Of a stretch of 64,000 bases of DNA, positions 42,547-54,636 are shown piece by piece. Position 1 is the first letter of the stretch. Every line of letters starts with the position of its first letter. The notes under the pieces are model-generated. The model ran no database searches, was not told the DNA's origin, and saw nothing but the letters and a program-made list of their open reading frames with translations. Position numbers and translations under genes: made by a program. Source of the stretch: Octopus vulgaris (taxonomy: Eukaryota); contig OX597824.1 in the NCBI GenBank assembly GCA_951406725.2, forward strand, positions 4,340,001 through 4,404,000, written 5' to 3'.

Positions 42547-42711
42547 GGAGAGAGAGGGGCGATTATGCAGATAAATTATATATAATGGCTTTGGTTTGAT
42601 ATGCAAAAAATATATATGTATACATGTGAAGACATTGGCGTCTGAATTTGAATCATTTGAATATCACTAAGTATTTTCTATATCAAGAATTTCTGAATCT
42701 CATCTGTTGAC

Positions 42712-42778
<67 letters not shown>

Positions 42779-42847
42779 ATATATATATGTATGTATGTGT
42801 GTGTGTGTGCATACACTCACACACACACACATATATATATATAAGTT

Positions 42848-43945
42848 GAATAAAGTTAAAGCATAGTCTGGTTTCCACGCATTTTAATATGGTATTTTAA
42901 CAGAATTAGCTCTTTCATACATAGTGTACTTATCAGATTTCAAATGTGCTTAACTGACAGTTGAGTTGTTGACAATTCTAGTCTGTTACACTTCACAGTT
43001 TGCCAGCCGTACTTGTTTATATTTATTAATCTACATCATTGACTGGTTGTTATATTATTGCTGTTCATCAAAGGAACACAATACCATTTCTAGTAATGCA
43101 CAATCTGCATCACCAAACCATTTTTAACACCATCAAAACAAATTTGCCAATTATAAAACAAAGTGAAAAATCATAAAACGTAATAACTAATCAAACGCTT
43201 ATCTTAAGCAAAAGGTAACCACATAACCTGAAGAAACTATTAACAAAGGCAAAATTCAACATGAACAAATGGGATAACACATTCACAGTATCCAAGTGTA
43301 ATGATAACAGATGTGGAACGTGTGTATACATGCATACAGGTAGATCCATTAGAACAAAAAATGGACAGATTTTTGCAAATGCAGATATGAACTCCAAAAG
43401 CAGAAATTTGACCTATTGCATTAAATGCCCGAATTGTGAGGAATTATATATAAGCGAGGCAGGGAATGTGTTATCAGAACTCTCATGAGTCCACAGACAA
43501 CAAATCCAGAACACCAATGTTTGCGAAATTCCATTGAGAGAACATATAGAGACATGTGGTCAGAAAATGTTTCTAATTTTTCCTTTCCACAAACTACATG
43601 ACACAAATGAGGTTGGAAGAAAGATGAAAGTAAAACGGTTTATTAAAATGTTCAAACCTGTTCTGAATGGAAATAACAACAATAATATAACAATCATTTA
43701 AGGATGTGGTTTAATAGATATAAACAAGTCACAGAATATTGGTACACCAGGCAAACTGTGATGTTTAAGAACATGCAGATTGATCAAAAAGATACTCTAA
43801 AAATTCAACTGGTTGGAGCATTCTAAGAGGTACTAAAGTTGTCAAGAACTCAACGGTCAGTTAAATACATTTGAAATCTGATGACTACACTATGTAGGTA
43901 AATGCTAATTTTGTTAAAATAGCATAAGAAAAAACATGAAAACCA
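42848..43945 (+). mobile_element. Penelope-like element 3' relic: GIY-YIG endonuclease remnant flanked by inverted pseudo-LTRs
   Basis: ORF 43261-43488 'KCNDNRCGTC...SRNLTYCIKCPNCEELYISE' fits the PLE CCHH/GIY-YIG domain; 42848-43065 is an inverted copy of 43675-43945. Confidence 0.85.
43873..43911 (+). ncRNA. Degenerate minimal hammerhead ribozyme in the pLTR (second copy on the minus strand at ~42902-42941)
   Basis: Right copy GAAAT-CTGATGA-CTAC(actat)GTAG-gtAAA-tgcTA-ATTTT; left copy GAAAT-CTGATAA-GTAC(actat)GTAT-GAAA-gagcTA-ATTCT. Confidence 0.6.
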
Positions 43946-43999
43946 GACTGTTTTAACTTTATTCTATATACATTCACACAAATTTGAAACAAATATATA

Positions 44000-44067
<68 letters not shown>

Positions 44068-45463
44068 TATTAAGGGCATTACTATACATAAATGCCTCAC
44101 ATTATGAGGGACTCTTAAAGTCAAAATTTTACCCTTATGAGGTTTTTCACGCTGACTACTTGATAAATTCATATAAAGATTTTATCCTATTTTTAAATTT
44201 CAAAATTTAAATATATATATATATACTAACAAATGCACCCATCCTTTGGACGGTTTAAGTTGCTTTGGTGGTATTTTTTCATCAAATAATTGGACTACCA
44301 AGAAGTTTTATGAGTAGCACAACAACCTATGTTTCCAATTACCTGAGGAACAAAAAACCAAATTGAAATCTGGTTACTGTGGAGGTCATTGCACTTTAAT
44401 GATCATTGAACATATAAGTTTGCAAGCGATGCAAAGTAGAGCTACTGAAGCGTTTTTGGAGTACATTATGGATAATGACTACAAAATATAGTTGTTTTAC
44501 GTGAAAATGAAATTTCTTGTGATTGTTCAAAAAAGGCTAGAATGACAATGCTAAAACATATTTGAAACATTGAACAACAGTCAAAATATCACAATGGATG
44601 AGTAAATACTTGACACCAGAGCTTGTCAAGTATTTACTTTATCAATTCCCAAAGAACTCAACATAAAGTTGACTCTGGCATGATACGAACTCAGAACTGG
44701 AAGACTCATAGCTAACTCCTGCAAAGGATTTCCTCAGCCCTCTCTACTAAATTTGCCAATCCAATGCAATTAATCTTAATCTTTGCATTGTAATCACATA
44801 TTAAAATATTCCACACATGTTAATCACCACATTTTAATTAATTCCTAATAATGTTTGTCTGGCAGAAATTATACATGATAAATAAGTAGCATTAATGACA
44901 TTAGCAAATACTCTGGAGGTCAATCTGTGTCTAACAATGTTTATCAATATGACAAATTTACAAAACTATCATGGTATTTAATTCTTCATTGTTAAGATTC
45001 CTTACAAAGAATCTAGCTGCAATATGCTCATCATTGGAATTGTACTGATATGAAAATGAATCTATGCATGAAGTTAGTACAAATCTAATTACATACCACT
45101 CAAAATTTTAAAAAATAGTAAAACACCAAACAAATTTAAATGAAAATAATTTATAATTTTTCAAGATGTAACTGCTACCAAAAAAAAGAAAGAAAACAAT
45201 ACTGGTATTGAAGTGAAACTCAATTGGTTATATAATTCATTTAAGGATGGTAAAGGCAACAACCGAACAAGTAAAAAGGTTCCAGTTTTATGATCAACTA
45301 AAGCCTTTAAAAGATACCAATGGAAAACTTTATGAAAATCTGTTGCTGAGAAGTGGGAATAATATGAGCTGTAAATTCACTGCCTTTTTCACAGGGGCCA
45401 CTGACCGGTTGTGCTTGTCTATCTCCAACAATAGAGAGCATTTGCCATATTCCCTTCCATATT

Positions 45464-45555
45464 GGCTAACTCTGATGAGTGTAAAGTTATATAATCAGAT
45501 TGTTACCTAGCATTCCATTGTATTCTTTGTGCGAAACCGATTGGTAAGATCAGCT
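45464..45555 (+). ncRNA. Type I hammerhead ribozyme with intact core
   Basis: CTGATGA 45472-45478; stem II GTGTAAAG/CTTTGTGC; GAAA 45533-45536; stem III ACC-gatt-GGT; GUA cleavage triplet ending 45546; imperfect stem I GGCTAACT/AGATCAGCT. Confidence 0.7.
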
Positions 45556-46243
45556 GTGATGGATATTTAATACTATACTTTTTTTTAATAATATAATATA
45601 TATATATATATATATAAATCTAGAACTCAACATAAAGTAAATACTTGACAAGCTCTGGTGTTGATGGCAACAATTAAATTGTTTGCCTAAATTTGAATCC
45701 CTATGCTAATGTAAGATATTAATTTGTAAAGATTATATATAAGAGCAGGGAGATGACGGAGATAATTAAAAACCCCAGGTCAGCTGCATTTTGTAACCTA
45801 GTTTGACATATGAAATTGGTTAAATGAATATCAAATGATTCAAAACACTATAACCTTTGCAATCCCTATTGTGACATAGTAAAAAAAAAAAACAAAATCA
45901 ATACTTAAACTGTATATATAAAAAGAAGTATAATTAGTGGTTGTGAGATTAAAATGTTGAATTATATTAATTATATTAATGTAAATTCAGAATATCTAAT
46001 CATGAAGTAAGGGACGCTACTTTGGTTGCTTCAGTCTACTTGGTTGACAACAGGCAGATACTTCTAATTTATTGGTGAAGGTTACTGATGGGAGGAATGG
46101 TAAATTTTACAAAAAATGATTTAATTCGCCTCCAAAAATGCAGGTTCTCAAATTTGCAAAGACTACCTCAGGTGTGATGGTTAAATTGCATGCAAAGCAA
46201 ACACATGTACGAACATAAGATGCACACACACGCTTGCATGCAT

Positions 46244-46278
<35 letters not shown>

Positions 46279-46478
46279 TAGAGCAGTTGTGGTAGCATGA
46301 AGGAGGACAATATATTTATGATGTACGTGGCATGTAACAAGCACCATCCGAATGTGGCTGATGCCAGTGCCGCCTTAACTAGCTTCCCTGTTGCCCGTGT
46401 GTCCCTTTCCCCAGGGTTGCCAGATTAATCATATAAAGACGTGAGAGAAAGACATAGGAAAAATAACATTCCACTTAC

Positions 46479-46517
46479 TTCAAGATGTAATCCTTGGGCA
46501 GTTCTTCTATCAGGAAT
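46479..46517 (-). CDS. Candidate 39-nt internal exon (FLIEELPKDYIL[K])
   Basis: Strong acceptor tttttctttctag and donor AA/gtaagt. Confidence 0.5.
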
Positions 46518-47809
46518 CTAGAAAGAAAAACCAAAATAAAGGTGAGAATTCATTTTTTTAATTAGACCATGAGGAATAGTGTCCAAGAACTTTGGAGGCT
46601 TCCTTAGGTTGATGGTATTTTGGGAGATAAATATTGATTATTTGCGTGCATAATAGGAGCAATACTGCATGTATGTGTGCAGCACTCCAGTCTTAGTTGT
46701 AGTTGAGTTTTGTAGATAATCAACAATTGATCACGATGAGTAATCTCTAGGCTTAATTAGTGATATAGGAAAATATCCAAAGGTGCCTTCTGAATGAGGA
46801 ACATACAGTTAAGTGTAGTAAGTAAAAAAAAGAAAAGGAAAATTTAATCAATTGAACTAAAACTTGTAGAGAAAAGTAAAGTCAAAGAAGGCAAGAGAGA
46901 TAACTTGAAGATATAAAATGATTTGAAATTAAGTAGAAACATTTCAGTACAGTGACAACCCCAGCCATGTTTCATTCTTATTAAACTTCCTCAGTGAAAT
47001 ATAAACAAGACTAGTCTACACTTACTAAGTGATACAAAATCTTTGAAAAGATATGGTTCTTTTGTTAAGACTATCCATTTGTTTAATCATTAACACTAAT
47101 GATCTTTCTTTTCAAGAGTTTAATTTTAATTGGCTGGAAATTGTTTTGTCATTTACAACACTAAGTACATCATCCCGCAATTAACTCTATATGTTTAATG
47201 GAAAAGGTACTTTGGGAAATTTTCTGAAATAAAGAGTCTAATCTTTGGGATGTAGCTATGGTGATGTTATAAATGCAAAGGTTGCAATGAAAGATCATCA
47301 CAGGAGAGAAATTAAGTCAAAGTGTTGCAGTCAGCAAATGAACAATTATGGAAACACACAGGTGACAAAATGTATAGACTAGCAGTGACTGGGTGTAAAT
47401 GATTTTGATGTTAGTTTTTACACCTGGTTTCCAGATGTATCACATCACAATAAAAATATAATGCTGTGATATAACAACAGATATAACGATGACACATATG
47501 GGGAGATATAACTTGGGTGTGGGGGTGGTTATATAACATAATAATTTTATATGAGATGAAATAGTGGACAATCTAACTTTTTAGAGGTTTCCATTTAAGC
47601 ACAAAACAAAACAATCATAGCAAGATTTTGTAATTATTGGATAACAAAATTGAGAGATGATAGCATTACTGATGTATGACGAGAGTCTAACTAAAGCAAT
47701 TTAGACCATCCAAGCCAAACAGTGATGACTTTAAGTCAAAACTATTTTGGTATTACCAATGCTGTAAGCAGTGAATTTACTTCTCATGACATATTTTTAC
47801 CTTTTAGCT

Positions 47810-47960
47810 GACCGGACAATGATGCATTACAGGCCCCAATCTGATCTGACAGAGTTTCTACAGCTGGATGCCTTTCCTAACACCAACCACTCCAAGAGTG
47901 TAGTGGGTGCTTTTTACATGCCACCGGCACATGGACCAGAGGAGCTGGCATTGACCACGA
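47810..47960 (-). mobile_element. RTE LINE 3' UTR segment from which the 67-bp array extends
   Basis: 'cagagtttctacagctggatgcc...gtagtgggtgctttttacatgccaccggcac' matches 3745-3830. Confidence 0.85.
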
Positions 47961-50900
47961 TCGGATGGTGCTTTTTACATGCCACCAGTACAAAAGCTAG
48001 TTAAGGCGGCACTGGCATCAGCCACATTCGGATGGTGCTTTTTATGTGCCACCAGTACAAAAGCTAGTTAAGGCGGCACTGGCATCGGCCACATTCGGAT
48101 GGTGCTTTTTATGTGCCACCAGTACAAAAGCTAGTTAAGGCGGCACTGGCATCGGCCACATTCGGATGGTGCTTTTTATGTGCCACCAGTACAAAAGCTA
48201 GTTAAGGCGGCACTGGCATCGGCCACATTCGGATGGTGCTTTTTATGTGCCACCAGTACAAAAGCTAGTTAAGGCGGCACTGGCATCGGCCACATTCGGA
48301 TGGTGCTTTTTATGTGCCACCAGTACAAAAGCTAGTTAAGGCGGCACTGGCATCGGCCACATTCGGATGGTGCTTTTTATGTGCCACCAGTACAAAAGCT
48401 AGTTAAGGCGGCACTGGCATCGGCCACATTCGGATGGTGCTTTTTATGTGCCACCAGTACAAAAGCTAGTTAAGGCGGCACTGGCATCGGCCACATTCGG
48501 ATGGTGCTTTTTATGTGCCACCAGTACAAAAGCTAGTTAAGGCGGCACTGGCATCGGCCACATTCGGATGGTGCTTTTTATGTGCCACCAGTACAAAAGC
48601 TAGTTAAGGCGGCACTGGCATCGGCCACATTCGGATGGTGCTTTTTATGTGCCACCAGTACAAAAGCTAGTTAAGGCGGCACTGGCATCGGCCACATTCG
48701 GATGGTGCTTTTTATGTGCCACCAGTACAAAAGCTAGTTAAGGCGGCACTGGCATCGGCCACATTCGGATGGTGCTTTTTATGTGCCACCAGTACAAAAG
48801 CTAGTTAAGGCGGCACTGGCATCGGCCACATTCGGATGGTGCTTTTTATGTGCCACCAGTACAAAAGCTAGTTAAGGCGGCACTGGCATCATCCACATTC
48901 GGATGGTGCTTTTTATGTGCCACCAGTACAAAAGCTAGTTAAGGCGGCACTGGCATCGGCCACATTCGGATGGTGCTTTTTATGTGCCACCAGTACAAAA
49001 GCTAGTTAAGGCGGCACTGGCATCGGCCACATTCGGATGGTGCTTTTTATGTGCCACCAGTACAAAAGCTAGTTAAGGCGGCACTGGCATCGGCCACATT
49101 CGGATGGTGCTTTTTATGTGCCACCAGTACAAAAGCTAGTTAAGGCGGCACTGGCATCGGCCACATTCGGATGGTGCTTTTTATGTGCCACCAGTACAAA
49201 AGCTAGTTAAGGCGGCACTGGCATCGGCCACATTCGGATGGTGCTTTTTACATGCCACCAGTACAAAAGCTAGTTAAGGCGGCACTGGCATCGGCCACAT
49301 TCGGATGGTGCTTTTTATGTGCCACCAGTACAAAAGCTAGTTAAGGCGGCACTGGCATCGGCCACATTCGGATGGTGCTTTTTATGTGCCACCAGTACAA
49401 AAGCTAGTTAAGGCGGCACTGGCATCGGCCACATTCGGATGGTGCTTTTTATGTGCCACCAGTACAAAAGCTAGTTAAGGCGGCACTGGCATCGGCCACA
49501 TTCGGATGGTGCTTTTTATGTGCCACCAGTACAAAAGCTAGTTAAGGCGGCACTGGCATCGGCCACATTCGGATGGTGCTTTTTATGTGCCACCAGTACA
49601 AAAGCTAGTTAAGGCGGCACTGGCATCGGCCACATTCGGATGGTGCTTTTTATGTGCCACCAGTACAAAAGCTAGTTAAGGCGGCACTGGCATCGGCCAC
49701 ATTCGGATGGTGCTTTTTATGTGCCACCAGTACAAAAGCTAGTTAAGGCGGCACTGGCATCGGCCACATTCGGATGGTGCTTTTTATGTGCCACCAGTAC
49801 AAAAGCTAGTTAAGGCGGCACTGGCATCGGCCACATTCGGATGGTGCTTTTTATGTGCCACCAGTACAAAAGCTAGTTAAGGCGGCACTGGCATCGGCCA
49901 CATTCGGATGGTGCTTTTTATGTGCCACCAGTACAAAAGCTAGTTAAGGCGGCACTGGCATCGGCCACATTCGGATGGTGCTTTTTATGTGCCACCAGTA
50001 CAAAAGCTAGTTAAGGCGGCACTGGCATCGGCCACATTCGGATGGTGCTTTTTACGTGCCACCAGTACAAAAGCTAGTTAAGGCGGCACTGGCATCGGCC
50101 ACATTCGGATGGTGCTTTTTATGTGCCACCAGTACAAAAGCTAGTTAAGGCGGCACTGGCATCGGCCACATTCGGATGGTGCTTTTTATGTGCCACCAGT
50201 ACAAAAGCTAGTTAAGGCGGCACTGGCATCGGCCACATTCGGATGGTGCTTTTTATGTGCCACCAGTACAAAAGCTAGTTAAGGCGGCACTGGCATCGGC
50301 CACATTCGGATGGTGCTTTTTATGTGCCACCAGTACAAAAGCTAGTTAAGGCGGCACTGGCATCGGCCACATTCGGATGGTGCTTTTTATGTGCCACCAG
50401 TACAAAAGCTAGTTAAGGCGGCACTGGCATCGGCCACATTCGGATGGTGCTTTTTATGTGCCACCAGTACAAAAGCTAGTTAAGGCGGCACTGGCATCGG
50501 CCACATTCGGATGGTGCTTTTTATGTGCCACCAGTACAAAAGCTAGTTAAGGCGGCACTGGCATCGGCCACATTCGGATGGTGCTTTTTATGTGCCACCA
50601 GTACAAAAGCTAGTTAAGGCGGCACTGGCATCGGCCACATTCGGATGGTGCTTTTTATGTGCCACCATCGTACAAAAGCTAGTTAAGGCGGCACTGGCAT
50701 CGGCCACATTCGGATGGTGCTTTTTATGTGCCACCAGTACAAAAGCTAGTTAAGGCGGCACTGGCATCGGCCACATTCGGATGGTGCTTTTTATGTGCCA
50801 CCAGTACAAAAGCTAGTTAAGGCGGCACTGGCATCGGCCACATTCGGATGGTGCTTTTTATGTGCCACCAGTACAAAAGCTAGTTAAGGCGGCACTGGCA

Positions 50901-52382
50901 TCGGCCACATTCGGATGGTGCTTTTTACTGTGCCACCAGTACAAAAGCTAGTTAAGGCGGCACTGGCATCGGCCACATTCGGATGGTGCTTTTTATGTGC
51001 CACCAGTACAAAAGCTAGTTAAGGCGGCACTGGCATCGGCCACATTCGGATGGTGCTTTTTAGTGCCACCAGTACAAAAGCTAGTTAAGGCGGCACTGGC
51101 ATCGGCCACATTCGGATGGTGCTTTTTATGTGCCACCAGTACAAAAGCTAGTTAAGGCGGCACTGGCATCGGCCACATTCGGATGGTGCTTTTTATGTGC
51201 CACCAGTACAAAAGCTAGTTAAGGCGGCACTGGCATCGGCCACATTCGGATGGTGCTTTTTATGTGCCACCAGTACAAAAGCTAGTTAAGGCGGCACTGG
51301 CATCGGCCACATTCGGATGGTGCTTTATGTGCCACCAGTACAAAAGCTAGTTAAGGCGGCACTGGCATCGGCCACATTCGGATGGTGCTTTTTATGTGCC
51401 ACCAGTACAAAAGCTAGTTAAGGCGGCACTGGCATCGGCCACATTCGGATGGTGCTTTTTATGTGCCACCAGTACAAAAGCTAGTTAAGGCGGCACTGGC
51501 ATCGGCCACATTCGGATGGTGCTTTTTATGTGCCACCAGTACAAAAGCTAGTTAAGGCGGCACTGGCATCGGCCACATTCGGATGGTGCTTTTTATGTGC
51601 CACCAGTACAAAAGCTAGTTAAGGCGGCACTGGCATCGGCCACATTCGGATGGTGCTTTTTATGTGCCACCAGTACAAAAGCTAGTTAAGGCGGCACTGG
51701 CATCGGCCACATTCGGATGGTGCTTTTTATGTGCCACCAGTACAAAAGCTAGTTAAGGCGGCACTGGCATCGGCCACATTCGGATGGTGCTTTTTATGTG
51801 CCACCAGTACAAAAGCTAGTTAAGGCGGCACTGGCATCGGCCACATTCGGATGGTGCTTTTTATGTGCCACCAGTACAAAAGCTAGTTAAGGTGGCACTG
51901 GCATCGGCCACATTCGGATGGTGCTTTTTATGTGCCACCAGTACAAAAGCTAGTTAAGGCGGCACTGGCATCGGCCACATTCGGATGGTGCTTTTTATGT
52001 GCCACCAGTACAAAAGCTAGTTAAGGCGGCACTGGCATCGGCCACATTCGGATGGTGCTTTTTATGTGCCACCAGTACAAAAGCTAGTTAAGGTGGCACT
52101 GGCATCGGCCACATTCGGATGGTGCTTTTTATGTGCCACCAGTACAAAAGCTAGTTAAGGGCGGCACTGGCATCGGCCACATTCGGATGGTGCTTTTTAT
52201 GTGCCACCAGTACAAAAGCTAGTTAAGGTGGCACTGGCATCGGCCACATTCGGATGGTGCTTTTTATGTGCCACCAGTACAAAAGCTAGTTAAGGTGGCA
52301 CTGGCATCGGCCACATTCGGATGGTCCTTTTTATGTGCCACCAGTACAAAAGCTAGTTAAGGCGGCACTGGCATCGGCCACA
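47961..52382. repeat. 67-bp tandem array, ~66 near-identical units (GTGCCACCAGTACAAAAGCTAGTTAAGGCGGCACTGGCATCGGCCACATTCGGATGGTGCTTTTTAT)
   Basis: TTAAGG at 48001, 48068 ... 52357 (65 periods of 67); no spacers. Confidence 0.98.
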
Positions 52383-52805
52383 GTCGAACCAATTCTATTA
52401 TATGGCTCAGAAACCTGGACGTTATCAAAGAAGCTTGAGAGGCAGTTGGATGGAACCTACACTCGCCTCCTTATGAGAGCTCAAAATCTCTCGTGGAAGC
52501 GCCATCCAACCAAAATGCAAATATATGGGAAACTACCACCTGTGTCATCTCTTGTGAAAGGTAAGAGAGTCCAGTTTGCTGGACATTGTTGTAGAGCTGA
52601 AAAAGAGGTAATTTCTACTCTTCTCCTCTGGAAGCCATCTACTCGCAATACCAGAGGGCGCACACTCTCCTACCCTGATGTAATCTCCAGGGATACAGGC
52701 ATCCAGCAACAGGACCTCCGTGATGCCATGATGGACCGTGAAGTCTGGCGTAGCATGGTAAATTCCATTGTCTCGACCACGGTCGAACAATGATGATGAT
52801 GATGA
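52377..52805 (+). mobile_element. 5'-truncated RTE-like LINE (second family) with open C-terminal ORF and (TGA)n tail
   Basis: 'ATVEPILLYGSETWTL...DGTYTRLLMRAQN...RVQFAGHC...MMDREVWR'; stop at 52793 runs into (TGA)n. Confidence 0.9.
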
Positions 52806-53480
52806 CATCATATATCTTTAACTGTAATTTAGAGCCGCATGACAAATTATATATAAACAGTTGACTCTTCAGACACAAGTGTATTGCTTCTTTATCAACT
52901 TCACTTGTGGTCGTCCTTCCACAGCGACACAGGCTTCTTTGCTCATGCAATGAATGTACATATTAAGCTACACTGTAGTATTATAAATTAGTATATGGTA
53001 GCAGGCTTAATATATAAAATATATAGTAAATGTCACCTCTCCAAGAGGCTTTTAAAAATCAATTCTTAGCTCTTTTCTCGTGGCATTAAGCAGATGAGAT
53101 ATTTCAAGTGACCTGAATGTATTTCCAGCAGCTAAAAGAAGTTGGACATAAAGAATAAAGTTTACTGTCCAAATACACAATGAAATATGTGCAATGAATT
53201 TTACTCAATACTTCTACACTAATAAACATTTGGTCATTTTGTTTCTAGTATTCTGTTCAATAAAGTAGAGTTCAGTTAGGTAAAATTCAGTTCAAAAGTG
53301 GAATAAATTGGTTTGAAGAAGAAAATTCTAGCATCGCAGAGAATATATCCACCACAGAAAGCAATGTTTTTCTGATGATACCAAACATATATATTGGGAG
53401 TGACAGACCATAACTCATTTTTTCAGAGTCTACTGAGAGAATTTACTTTAATAAATCATAGTTCCAAGGAGTGACGTGGC

Positions 53481-53525
53481 TCAGCTTGGAACAAGATCTT
53501 CAATATTGACTTTGTCTACCAACCT
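53481..53525 (-). CDS. Terminal coding exon RLVDKVNIEDLVPS* of an unidentified gene
   Basis: Acceptor ttttcttttgtatgatttctag; phase 0, in frame with exon 59878-59952. Confidence 0.55.
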   Translation of the reverse strand, partial: RLVDKVNIEDLVPS

Positions 53526-54595
53526 CTAGAAATCATACAAAAGAAAATACCTTCTACCAAAAGAAAAGAAAACGACAATGACAACAAAACAAATACGGAA
53601 ATAAGGAAAAAAAAAGGATCAAAAATAGTAAAAACACCCGATAAGAATAAAATAATACAAAAAAACATAGAAAAATAAATACTGCAACCGAAGTTCCTGG
53701 GAATATTTTAATGAAATGATATAGCTGCTAGTGAAAAAGTATTATTTGCCATTAACATTACAGTGAAACATCGTTGTTTGCCATAAATTTACTGGTTCCT
53801 TACGAATCAAAGAAAATGATAAAAATCAATGCTAAAAGTAAATGCTTTTATTTCTATTGGTTGGAAAACTTCCTACAACGGTACCTTTTATTTTTTATTT
53901 CACTTAAAAAGGCGAATTATCCTAAATAGATAAAAACATAGATTGATTTATTTCAAAAAATATTTGGCTTTGATAGAGTAACATCATAAAAGTTGCCATT
54001 TTATGTCTTTCAGAGTTTACAGTTTTTCTGGTGGTAGTAGCGTTGCTGTTTGGTCTCAAGTCAATTACGATCAAATAGATATATGATCAAAGACATTCTA
54101 GCCATGACCATTCCATCTGTTTATCAGACATTGGTTTATGCGCTGATATAAACAAATGTGTTCCTTTTTCAAGTAGGTAGAGTGTATTTTCAAAGTGATT
54201 TTTGGCAGTTGTGTTGAGCAGGAGATAAAGAAGCTCCCTGTTGGTAGTGACAAAAGTCAGAAGCGGTCAAGGCAAGGCTGGTTGTTGTAGTTCAGGTGTT
54301 AGTAGTGATGGTGGTAGATAGTGGCAATTTGGATTATTGCTGTACGATTGTGATAATAGTGGTGTCAGTGGAGGTAACATTTGTTCCAATCATGTTGGAG
54401 GTAAAATTTTGAAGTCTTTTTCTTGGTCAGAGTGACAATGATGTTAGTATTGTGTATCATATGTTGTGATAATGGTGTTGATGGCATTGGCTGCAATACT
54501 GAAGCACAAAACCTGGCTACTTAAGATGAAACATAATTCAAATTTGCAAATCTATTAAATCTTGAATGTAGTACAACATACATATCTCTTTCTAG

Positions 54596-54636
<41 letters not shown>

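Noticed and set aside
50660-52165. 1-2 bp indels in individual array units as biological variants
   Set aside because: They are singletons, several in homopolymers, and consistent with long-read consensus errors.
47961-52382. CRISPR-like array next to a reverse transcriptase
   Set aside because: There are no variable spacers and no cas genes, the context is eukaryotic, and the adjacent ORF is only a truncated LINE C-terminus lacking the catalytic RT core.
52335-52793. 153-codon chimeric ORF as a real gene
   Set aside because: It starts at a GTG within the last repeat unit, and the remainder is LINE sequence.
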